From positions 11,607,398-11,671,397 of the forward strand of contig CM082588.2 in the NCBI GenBank assembly GCA_040954595.2: a DNA stretch of 64,000 bases, written 5' to 3'. Below the pieces are notes generated by a model that had not been told where the DNA came from, did no database searches, and saw nothing but the letters and a program-made list of their open reading frames with translations. A program made the translations under genes and the position numbers. This DNA comes from Balanoglossus misakiensis (Eukaryota > Animalia > Hemichordata). Positions 10,699 through 22,000 of the stretch are shown piece by piece (position 1 is the first letter of the stretch; each line of letters opens with the position of its first letter).

Positions 10699-13600
10699 AC
10701 CAGTGTGCAACTGTTTCTGCTCTAGAGTGTCAGGATTTTAGCCGACTTATGCTGTAGGAAATCTGAGTTGATGAACGGGAATTCATTGTTAGAAAACCCG
10801 TGTGGAAAGTATCTCTACCCGTTTCAAACTAAGAAAAGAATTTATTCTTATTTATTTTGTAAAAAAGACAATATTTCGAAAAAAAGTCGAAAATGGTAAT
10901 TTTGTCTTGGGTGATTCAAATTATACCGCCTTTTCTGGAATTTGCAGCACTTTTTACAAGAGAACGACACTTCATGATCCATAATATTTCCGAAAATGAA
11001 GAAAAGAGTTAATTTTTCATGATTTTTTAAAAATTTACCATTTTTGTCAAAATATGGCCAAAATGGCTATTTTTTCTTGAATTCCGTCAATATCTCTGCA
11101 TTTTTGGAGTGGTCGAAAGTTTTAACATACAATCAACATGTCATATATGATCGGGGCACCAAATTCGATAAAAGAAAGGTTTTTTTATTTTATTTTTCTA
11201 AAGATGACATTTTCAAGGAAAATTTGGTAAAACGCAATTTTGTCTGCAGTGAGCCAAATTAGACGGTATTTTGTGGAATTTGTATCGATATATACATACG
11301 AAGAGCATTCTATACTCCATCAGATTTCCGAAAATGTAGAAAACAGGTATTTTTTGTAATTTTCAAAAATTTACCATTTTGACCAAATTGTGGCTAAAAT
11401 TGTTATTTTCGTGTTGAATGCCGCCAGTGTCACTGCTTTTAAAAGTCATAAAAACTTTTAACAAACAAGCAATTCTTTATATATGATCAGGTCACCGAAT
11501 TAAAAAAATAAAGAATGTTTTGCCTAAAAATGACCTTTTAGGTGCAAAAACGAATAAAACGCAATTTTGTATTAAATCAGCTCATTCAGAGTGCATTTTT
11601 TATAATCAGCACCATTTTTACATATAATGGAAATTTCATACATCATCAGATATCCAAATATGAAAAAATGATTTAGATTTTAGATGATTGTCCAAAATTA
11701 GCTGATATCTAATAAATGTAATATTGAACCGTTCTGTTCCCCCCCCCCCTACATTATATGCGGTACGCCGATGTCAGCTTACCCGGCAGTACTGCAGGCC
11801 GTGCCCCCAACTAACGTCGGTGTTTGAAACGCCCTGGTTAAATTGGGGCTTTCTCTATAAATTGACAGGCAATAATGCAGTCCTACCCGAACAAATGTCG
11901 AGTGTTGACCCGCTGTGACTTTCCCTCTTCGGTTTGCCCGACTTAGCCAACGTCTTTGTACTAATGTGTCGCGTCTTTTGCAGAGCCAGGCCGAAGGAAA
12001 TCCGACTTTATCACCGTTGCTAACGAACGTTAGTGTCTGTCATGGTGTGCCGGGGTTTTAGTCAAGCCAGGCCGTAGGAGATCTGACTTGATCATCGTGG
12101 TCAATGTACGCGTGTTTCCGCTCTAAAGTGCCGGGGCTTCAGCTAAACCATGCCGTAGGAAATCCGACGTAATCACCGTTGATAACTTACGCCAGTCTGT
12201 GTCATATAGAGCCGGTGCACCAGCCGAGTGACGCTGTAGGAAATCTGACTTGATCAACGTGGTCAATGTACGCCTGTTTCTGCTCTAGAGTGCCGGGGCT
12301 TCAGCTGAGCCAGGCCGTAGGAAACCCGACGTGATTACCGTTGTTAACTTACGCCAGTCTGTGTCCTATATATAGTGCCGGGGCATCAGCCGTGCCAGGC
12401 CGAAGGAAATGTGAGTAGATCAAGGTGGTCTCTGTAGGCGTGTTTCTGCTCTAGAGTGCCAGGGCTTTAGCCAAGCCATGCCGTAGGAAATCTGACTTGA
12501 TCAACGTTGCTAACGAACGCTAGTGTCTGTCATAGTGTGCCGGGGTTTTAGTCGAGCCAAGCCGTAGGAGATCAGACTTGATCAACGTGGTCCTGGTACG
12601 CGTGTTTCTGCTCTAGAGTGCCGGGGCTTTATCCAAGCCATGCCGTAGGAAATCTGAGTTGATGAACGGGAATTCAATGTTAGAAAACCCGTGTGGAAAG
12701 TATCTCTACCCGTTTGAAACTAAGAAAAGAATTTATTCTTATTTATTTTGTAAAAAAGACAATTTTTCGAAAAAAAGTCGAAAATGGTAATTTTGTCGTG
12801 GGTGATTCAAATTATACCGCCTTTTCTGGAATTGGCAGCACTTTTTACAAGAGAACGACACTTCATGCTCCATAATATTTCCGAAAATGAAGAAAAGAGT
12901 TTATTTTATAAGATTTTTTAAAAATGTACCATTTTGTCAAAATATGGCCAAAATGGCTATTTTTTCTTGAATTCCGTCAATATCTCTGCATTTTTGGAGT
13001 GGTCGAAAGTTTTAACATACAATCAACATGTCATATATGATCAGGGCACCAAATTCGAAGAACAAAGGTTTCTTTATTTTTTTTTTTCAAAAAATGACAT
13101 TTTCAAGGAAAATTTGGTAAAACGCAATTTTGTCTGCAGTGAGCCAAATTAGACTGTATTTTGTGGAATTTGTATCGATATATACATACGAAGAGCATTC
13201 TATACTCCATCAGATTTCCGAAAATGTAGAAAACAGGTATTTTTTGTAATTTTCAAAAAATTACCATTTTGACCAAATTGTGGCTAAAATTGTTATTTTC
13301 GTGTTGAATGCCGCCAGTGTCACTGCTTTTAAAAGTCATAAAAACTTTTAACATACAAGCAATTGTTTGTATATGATCAGGTCACCGAATTAAAAAAAAT
13401 AAAGAATGTTTTGCCTAAAAATGACCTTTTTGGTGCAAAAACGAATAAAACGCAATTTTGTATTAAATCAGCTCATTCAGAGTGCATTTTTTATAATCAG
13501 CACCATCTTTACATATAATAGAAATTTCATACATCATCAGATATCCAAATATGAAAAAATGATTTAGATTTTAGATGATTGTCCAAAATTAGCTGATATC

Positions 13601-14100
13601 TAATAAATGTAGTATTGAACCGTTTTGTTCCCCCCCCCCTACATTATATGCGGTACGCCGATGTCAGCTTACCCGGCAGTACTGCAGGCCGTGCCCCCCC
13701 CCCCCCCCCAACTAACGTCGGTGTTTGAAACGCCCTGGTTAAATTCGGGCTTTCTCTATAAATTGACAGGCAATAATGCAGTCCTACCCGAACAAATGTC
13801 GAGTGTTGACCCGCTGTGACTTCCCCTCTTCGGTTTGCCCGACTTAGCCAACGTCTTTGTACTAGAGTGTCGGGTCTTTTGCAGAGCCAGGCCGAAGGAA
13901 ATCCGACTTGATCACCGTTGCTAACGAACGCTAGTGTCTGTCATGGTGTGCCGGGGTTTTAGTCGAGCCAGGCCGTAGGAGATCTGACTTGATCATCGTG
14001 GTCAATGTACGCGTGTTTCCGCTCTAAAGTGCCGGGGCTTCAGCTAAACCAGGCCGTAGGAAATCCGACGTAATCACCGTTGATAACTTACGCCAGTCTG
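10699..14100 (+). repeat. ~2.04 kb composite macrosatellite, forward units
   Basis: Marker gaaaacccgtgtggaaag at ~10792 and ~12683; AT-rich domain, poly-C and 81 bp subrepeats (gccgtagg at 11990, 12071, 12152, 12233, 12314…). Confidence 0.95.
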
Positions 14101-14310
14101 GATGGAGGGCGCTAGAGTCAGCCATCTACGGAAGCAGATTTCTAGCACGCTCAGAGTTTTCATCGTTTTTTCACGTGAAATCGGTGAATTTTGTGGCGAA
14201 ACTGAAGGTATATGCTTTTGGATAGATACTTGCAGCTAACTCGAGAGCAAAGAAGCATTTTGATTCTCAGAAGAAAGACATTTTGCTAGTTTTCGTGGTC
14301 TCGAGCAAGC

Positions 14311-15483
14311 ATGGCCGTCATAGACAAAGCCAGTTATGCGCAGGTGATGACGACCAAACGCCTGCAAGACAAAGACGGTGAAGTAGGAGTTCTACCCGTC
14401 TTTCTGAAGCAGTCGGACATAGTTCCCAGGGACAGTAATCAATGGCTATGAGGTGAGGAAATTATAGCAGCCGTTTCAGAAGTTGTCACCATCGGCAGCT
14501 TGGAAGGGTTGCAACGGATAAGAGGTCTGTGGCGTATTTATATGAATGACGAAGCAGACCGGACAATTTTGTTACAACATGGACTCACACTACGCGGGAA
14601 GTCGATAGAGCTGTGGGGGCGAAATCCCTTCCGAAGAGAGTTTCATGAAGATTGGTTAAGATTAACGATAAAAGATCTACCATTGTCACACGATGATGAT
14701 GCTATTGCCGCTACACTTACTGGTTTGGGCTGTAAGCTCAAAACAGATATATCCAGACAGAAATGGAGGTTAGAAGGCAAGTTGACAAACATTCTTAATG
14801 GGGATCGAACTGTGTTCATCGAAAAACCAAAGACACCATTACCAGCTCAGGTTAAGATCGGTGCATTTTACGCGAAGATTATTTATAAACAATCCACAGC
14901 GGAGACGCAGCCACGATGCGGCAAATGCTTAGAGGAGGGACATACTGCGTACAATTGCACTGGACAAATCAAATGCAGACTCTGTAAAAGAGAGGGGCAT
15001 ATTGCAAGAAATTGTATGACTTCTCAGGTACACGAAGAATTAACGTCTCAGTCCACCAAATACACAATGCAGAAAAGGTCTACGAATCCTGCCGATGCGG
15101 TATCGAGACTAGAAAGTGACAGCACACCGTTACAAGGAACATCCAGGCGTGAAACGGGGGACGAAGACCGTGTTGAGAAACCGCAAAGTCTGGCAAACAA
15201 AGCACCTGAGCCCTCGAGCTCGAGCGTTAAATCACAAAGCTCAATTTTAGCGTTCTTAAAAGAGAACAGAGACGATAGACAAAACGATACTAGTGTCAGT
15301 GAAGGTGATGTAACGGATATTGAAGGTGGCGAGGACCGGCGTTATGACACATCAAGAGAAAATTTCTCTGAATTGTCTGCTGAATCGCCACCACTGTTGT
15401 CATTGACCCAAAGCAAAGAAAATAAGAAAAAACGTAAAAGAAGACGAAAGCAGCAGCAGCAAGTCAGAATCAAAGGCTACTGA
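14311..15483 (+). pseudogene. Tx1 ORF1 (CCHC zinc knuckle protein), premature TGA at 14448-14450
   Basis: Matches the intact 390 aa ORF at 59474-60646; knuckles CGKCLEEGHTAYNC and CRLCKREGHIARNC. Confidence 0.9.
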
Positions 15484-18400
15484 TGGCAGCGCTGAAGTTA
15501 GTTACCCTGAATGTCAGGGGTTTCAAAGACAAAACGAAAAGGAACTGTATATATCGCTGGCTAAAACTCCAAAAAACGAGTATCGCGATTTTACAAGAGT
15601 TGCATGGAAATGGAACAGACATTGACACTTGGGAGAAAGAATGGGGAGGGAAAGTATTCTTCTCGAAAGGTGACAATTATAGCAGAGGAACGGCAATATT
15701 GATTGAGCGCAGATGTGACCTCACCATTGATTCCGTGTGGAATGACGACTTCGGAAGAATTTGCATAATAAACGGTAGCCTTGTAGGTGTTAAGCTTTCA
15801 ATTTGTAGTGTTTATGCCCCGAATCTCGTGAAACAAAGAACGGAATTCTTGAAAGATCTAGCTGGCCTGGTTGACACTCACTGCTATTACGAAAATCTTA
15901 TTATAGCAGGCGACTTCAATTGTGCACTCAACGACACTTTGGACAGAGCGTCAAGTGTGAAATCACGGCAATCACATGATGGATCAAGAAGAGTCTTACG
16001 TAGTTTTTGTAATCAGTTTCAACTTATTGATGTTTGGAGGAATTTCCACCCTGGGCAACGGCAGTTTACTTGGCGAAGATTGGCCCCATCACCGACTCAT
16101 AGCCGATTAGATTATGTTTTTATCTCAAAGCACCTCGTCAAGAATGTCAAAAAATCGGATATTCGTCCTGCTGTACACACAGATCATATGGCTGTTTACG
16201 TGGAATTGCAGACCGCTTCAGATTGTAGAGGGCCTGGTACATGGAAACTGAACAATAGGCTTTTAAAAAATGAAGGCTTTGTCAACGGAGTCAAATCTGT
16301 AATCAGAGAGTGTGGTGAGAAGACATTCGAAAATAATCGGATGAAATGGGACATCATGAAGAAAGAAATTAAAGAATATGCATTGGAATTTACAAGGTAT
16401 GGAACAAAAGATCACAATAAGGAAATACCGAAGCTTGAGCAACAGCTAAAAGCGGATGAAAGAAATATGCTGGTGAATCCATCAGATGAAAATATACGGA
16501 AATACAGTGAAACCAAACAACGCCTTGAGAATATTTACAACATACTCGCTGAAGGTGCGCAGATAAGATCGCGTGCAGCGTGGGTAAGTATTTTTATCAT
16601 TAGAAAAGCGAAATGCAGGAAAAAAGGAAATTAAGGAGCTGGTGACCAGAAGTGGAAAGTGTGTGACAAAAACGGACGAGATTCTGCGGGAACAAAGAGA
16701 ATTCTGCGAGACGATCTATCAGCGAAAATGTTGCCATCAGTCGATTGACGATTTTTTGGAAAATAGCAGTTTACCAGGACTAACAGCTCTACAAAGTGAA
16801 CAGTGCGAAGGTAATTTAACGGAAAGGGAATGTTTGCGCGCTTTGAAGACCATGGCAGCTAACAAGTCTCCGGGATGTGATGGACTTTCGGTCGATTTTT
16901 TTCTTTTCTTTTGGTCAGAAATAAAAACATTTGTCACTTCATCTCTCAATGAAGCCTGGTCGTCAGGGGAACTTTCTGCTACACAAAAAAGAGGTATTAT
17001 TACATTGTTGTATAAAAAGGGAGATGAAAATGACTTGAATAATTGGAGGCCTGTGTCGCTTTTAAACATTGACTACAAAATTGCCACTAAGGCATTATCA
17101 AACAGACTCAAATGTGTTTTACCTACAATTATCCATAGAGATCAGACAGGCTATATGAAAGGCCGTTTTATTGGAGAAAACATTCGCCTGATCTCCGATG
17201 TTCTAGACTACACTAAAAAGCGGCGTTTGGAAGGAGCTATCCTTTTTGTAGATAATGAGAAAGCGTTTGACAGTGTAAATTGGAAATTTTTGTATAGGGT
17301 GCTTAAAAAGATGAATTTTGGTCCAGGCTTTATACGCTGGATTGAAGTTTTATATAGTAATATTTCTAGTTGTATTGTTTATAAGGGATGGTGCTCTGGA
17401 TACTTTTCATTACATAGAGGTGTTCGACAGGGATGTTCCCTCTCGGCTTTATTGTTTTTACTTGTGATCGAAGTACTTGCATGTAAAATAAGACAACACG
17501 GGGAGATCAACGGGATCCCCTTATATGGTAATAATACAGCGAAGATTTCATTATTTGCCGACGACACCACCATTTTTACAAGGGATGGTCGGTCATTAGA
17601 AAATGTTTTTAAAGTTATGGCTGATTTTCATCAGTGTGGTGGTTTAAAAATGAGCAACAAGAAAACGAAGGCAATGTGGGTTGGAAAAAACAGAAATAGT
17701 GAAAAGAAGATGGGAAATGTTGAATGGACAAATGAGCCCATCAAAACGCTTGGTGTGTATTTTGGCTATGACACTGAGAAATGTAACAAACTTAACTGGG
17801 AGCCTAAGATTGATAAACTGAAAAAGGTGCTACAAATGTGGGAAAGGAGAAGGCTTACGTTTTATGGGAGAGTGATGATTACGAAGGTTTTTGCAATTTC
17901 ACAGATTTTGTTTTTGACATCAGTGATTGGAATACCTGAAGGCATTAAGTGTGTTGTTCGAAAGCTAATTGATGGTTTTATAAGAAGAAAACGAAATATA
18001 AGCAATGTAATACTTCAGAGTGATTATGACAAAGGTGGCATCAGATGTGTCAACTTAGACAAGCAAATTGATTCTCTTTATGCAGTATGGGTCAAGAGAC
18101 TGGTCTTGTGTAAAGGCAACACTTGGTCTGCTATACCATGGCATTATTTACAAATGGATGACCTTCAGTCATGTAATCTTATTCAGCACAACATTTTCTG
18201 GGAATCACTACCAAAGGCTTTAGAGTCTGCGATCCCTGAATTTTACGTCAAGGTTTTAAATGCGTGGTACAGTGCAAGTGAAAACATCAAAGGAAACAGA
18301 AATGTAATTTTGAAATGGTGTAGCAAGTTTCACTTTTTCTACAAATCCTTGAAAAATTGTAAATACGGTATTTGGGATGGAAAACACTGGATTTCCATCA

Positions 18401-19018
18401 ATAACGTTACGTGTAAAGCCATTTATGCGAACATTCCACAAAGGAGTCCAAAAGTGGATAAACTTAACAAATGGTACACATTACTGGAGGTACCAAACCA
18501 GACTACAAAAGAAAGTGAAACGGTCTGGAAGAACATACACGCAATAACTAAGGAAACAAAGTTGCGGGAATTTCAATGGAAACTTTTACACAGGTTGTTG
18601 CCATGTAATAAGTATTTGTTTTATTGGAATAAGAGCAGCAGTGTGGATTGTGAACTTTGTAAGATACCAGAGTCTCTTGAGCACAAGTACGTGCGTTGTA
18701 CTATAGCCACATCACTTTGGGCAAAAATCGAGCGCATAATTCGGCAACTATTTTTGTAAAGATTTTGTTTTACAAAGCGCTCATATAATTTTCAAATGCA
18801 TTAGAAGTGTTATGCTTTCGAAATCTGAAGAAAATATTGTAAATTTATTTATTTTAGTTTGCAAATGGAGTATACATAAATACTGGCTAAGTGAAACCAG
18901 AGCACCTTTAATGGTGCTGGTAAAATACGAATTCATATTGAGATACAAGGTATACAAGGAAATATGCAATAATTCAGAAAGTGCAAGAATTTTTGAAGCT
19001 ATTATATCTATGATGTGA
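15483..19018 (+). pseudogene. Tx1 ORF2 (APE endonuclease + RT + C-terminal Cys motif), frameshifted
   Basis: TLNVRG, LQE, GDFN, SRLDY, TDH endonuclease motifs; KSPGCDG, NWRPVSLL, GVRQG, FADD RT motifs; 22 bp deletion near 16585, shared frameshift near 16593, +1 frameshift near 18751. Confidence 0.92.
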
Positions 19019-19099
19019 GTTTTCAGTTGGTTTCTTTTTTTTGATATGTTAATGTAACACTGAAAGTTTTTTTAATAAAAGATACAGAAAAAAAAAAAA

Positions 19100-22000
19100 T
19101 TACGCCAGTCTGTGTCATATAGAGCCGGTGCACCAGCCGAGTCACGCCGTAGGAAATCTGACTTGATCAACGTGGTCAATGTACGCCTGTTTCTGCTCTA
19201 GAATGCCGGGGCTTCAGCTGAGCCAGGCCGTAGGAAACCCGACGTGATTACCGTTGTTAACTTACGCCAGTCTGTGTCCTATATATAGTGCCGGGGCATC
19301 AGCCGTGCCAGGCCGAAGGAAATGTGAGTAGATCAACGTGGTCTCTGTACGCGTGTTTCTGCTCTAGAGTGCCAGGGCTTTAGCCAAGCCATGCCGTAGG
19401 AAATCTGACTTGATCAACGTTGCTAACGAACGCTAGTGTCTGTCATAGTGTGCCGGGGTTTTAGTCGAGCCAAGCCGTAGGAGATCAGACTTGATCAACG
19501 TGGTCTCTGTACGCGTGTTTCTGCTCTAGAGTGCCGGGGCTTTATCCAAGCCATGCCGTAGAAAATCTGACTTGATCACCGTTGCTAACGTACGCTAGTG
19601 TCTGTCATATTGTGACGGAGATTTAGCCGAGCCAGGCCATAGAAAAATCGACTTGTTCAACGTTACCAGTGTGCAACTGTTTCTGCTCTAGAGTGTCAGG
19701 GTTTTAGCCGACTTATGCTGTAGGAAATCTGAGTTGATGAACGGGAATTCAATGTTAGAAAACCCTTGTGGAAAGTATCTCTACCCGTTTGAAACTAAGA
19801 AAAGAATTTATTCTTATTTATTTTGTAAAAAAGACAATTTTTCGAAAAAAAGTTGAAAATGGTAATTTTGTCTTGGGTGATTCAAATTATACCGCCTTTT
19901 CTGGAATTTGCAGCACTTTTTGCAAGAGAACGACACTTCATGCTCTATAATATTTCCGAAAATGAAGAAAAGAGTTAATTTTTTATGATTTTTTAAAAAT
20001 TTACCATTTTTGTCAAAATATGGCCAAAATGGCTATTTTTTCTTGAATTCCGTCAATATATCTGCATTTTTGGAGTGGTCGAAAGTTTTAACATACAATC
20101 AACATGTCATATATGATCAGGGCACCAAATTCGAAGAACAAAGGTTTTTTTTTATTATTTTTTCTTCTAAAAATGACATTTTCAAGGAAAATTTGGTAAA
20201 ACGCAATTTTGTCTGCAGTGAGCCAAATTAGACGGTCTTTTGTGGAATTTGTATCGATATATACATATACGAAGAGCATTCTATACTCCATCAGATTTCC
20301 GAAAATGTAGAAAACAGGTATTTTTTGTAATTTTCAAAAATTTACCATTTTGACCAAATTGTGGCTAAAATTGTTATTTTCGTGTTGAATGCCGCCAGTG
20401 TCATTGCTTTTAAAAGTCATAAAAACTTTTAACATACAAGCAATTGTTTATATATGATCAGGTCACCGAATTTATAAAATAAAGAATGTTTTGCCTAAAA
20501 ATGACCTTTTTGGTGCAAAAACGAATAAAACGCTATTTTGTATTAAATCAGCTCATTCAGAGTGCATTTTTTATAATCAGCACCATGTTTACATATAATG
20601 GAAATTTCATACATCATCAGATATCCAAATATGAAAAAATGATTTAGATTTTAGATGATTGTCCAAAATTAGCTGATATCTAACAAATGTAGTATTGAAC
20701 CGTTCTGTTCCCCCCCCCCCCTTACATTATATGCGGTACGCCGATGTCAGCTTACCCGGCAGTACTGTAGGCCGTGCCCCCAACAAACGTCGGTGTTTGA
20801 AACGCCCTGGTTAAATTCGGGCTCTCTCTTTTAATTGACAGGCAATAATGCAGTCCTACCGGAACAAATGTCAAGTGTTGAACCGCTGTGACTTTCCCTG
20901 TTCGGTTTGCCCGACTTAGCCAACGTCTTTGTACTAGAGTGTCGGGTCTTTTGCAGAGCCAGGCCGAAGGAAATCCGACTTGATCACCGTTGCTAACGAA
21001 CGCTAGTGTCTGTCATGGTGTGCCGGGGTTTTAGTCGAGCCAGGCCGTAGGAGATCTGACTTGATCATCGTGGTCAATGTACGCGTGTTTCCGCTCTAAA
21101 GTGCCGGGGCTTCAGCTAAACCTGGCCGAAGGAAATCCGACGTAGTCACCGTTGATAACTTACGCCAGTCTGTGTCATATAGAGCCGGTGCACCAGCCGA
21201 GTCACGCCGTAGGAAATCTGACTTGATCAACGTGGTCAATGTACGCCTGTTTCTGCTCTAGAGTGCCGGGGCTTCAGCTGAGCCAGGCCGTAGGAAACCC
21301 GACGTGATTACCGTTGTTAACTTACGCCAGTCTGTGTCCTATATATAGTGCCGGGGCATCAGCCGTGCCAGGCCGAAGGAAATGTGAGTAGATCGACGTG
21401 GTCTCTGTACGCGTGTTTCTGCTCTAGAGTGCCAGGGCTTTAGCCAAGCCATGCCGTAGGAAATCTGACTTGATCAACGTTGCTAACGAACGCTAGTGTC
21501 TGTCATAGTGTGCCGGGGTTTTAGTCGAGCCAAGCCGTAGGAGATCAGACTTGATCAACGTGCTCTCTGTACGCGTGTTTCTGCTCTAGAGTGCCGGGGC
21601 TTTATCCAAGCCATGCCGTAGAAAATCTGACTTGATCACCGTTGCTAACGTACGCTAGTGTCTGTCATATTGTGACGGAGATTTAGCCGAGCCAGGCAGT
21701 AGAAAAATCGACTTGTTCAACGTTACCAGTGTGCAACTGTTTCTGCTCTAGAGTGTCAGGGTTTTAGCCGACTTATGCTGTAGGAAATCTGAGTTGATGA
21801 ACGGGAATTCAATGTTAGAAAACCCGTGTGGAAAGTATCTCTACCCGTTTGAAACTAAGAAAAGAATTTATTCTTATTTATTTTGTAAAAAAGACAATTT
21901 TTCGAAAACAAGTCGAAAATGGTAATTTTGTCTTGGGTGATTTAAATTATACCGCCTTTTCTGGAATTTGCAGCACTTTTTACAAGAGAACGACACTTCA

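Larger units (their letters stand above)
14101..19099 (+). mobile_element. Full-length Tx1-clade (L1 group) non-LTR retrotransposon, copy 1
   Basis: 13 bp TSD ttacgccagtctg at 14088-14100 and 19100-19112; AATAAA then poly(A) ending at 19099; ORF1 with two CCHC knuckles and ORF2 APE endonuclease-RT. Confidence 0.95.

Noticed and set aside
10802-11262. Recurrent short ORFs (MESISTR…, MSKYGQ…, MNRSVPP…) in satellite units
   Set aside because: Non-ATG starts, frames broken by homopolymer indels between units, no recognisable domains
11990-12660. Regularly spaced 81 bp repeats as a CRISPR array or coding (27 aa) repeat
   Set aside because: Whole monomers are homologous with no unique spacers, no cas genes, eukaryotic context; the monomer I translated has stops in all six frames
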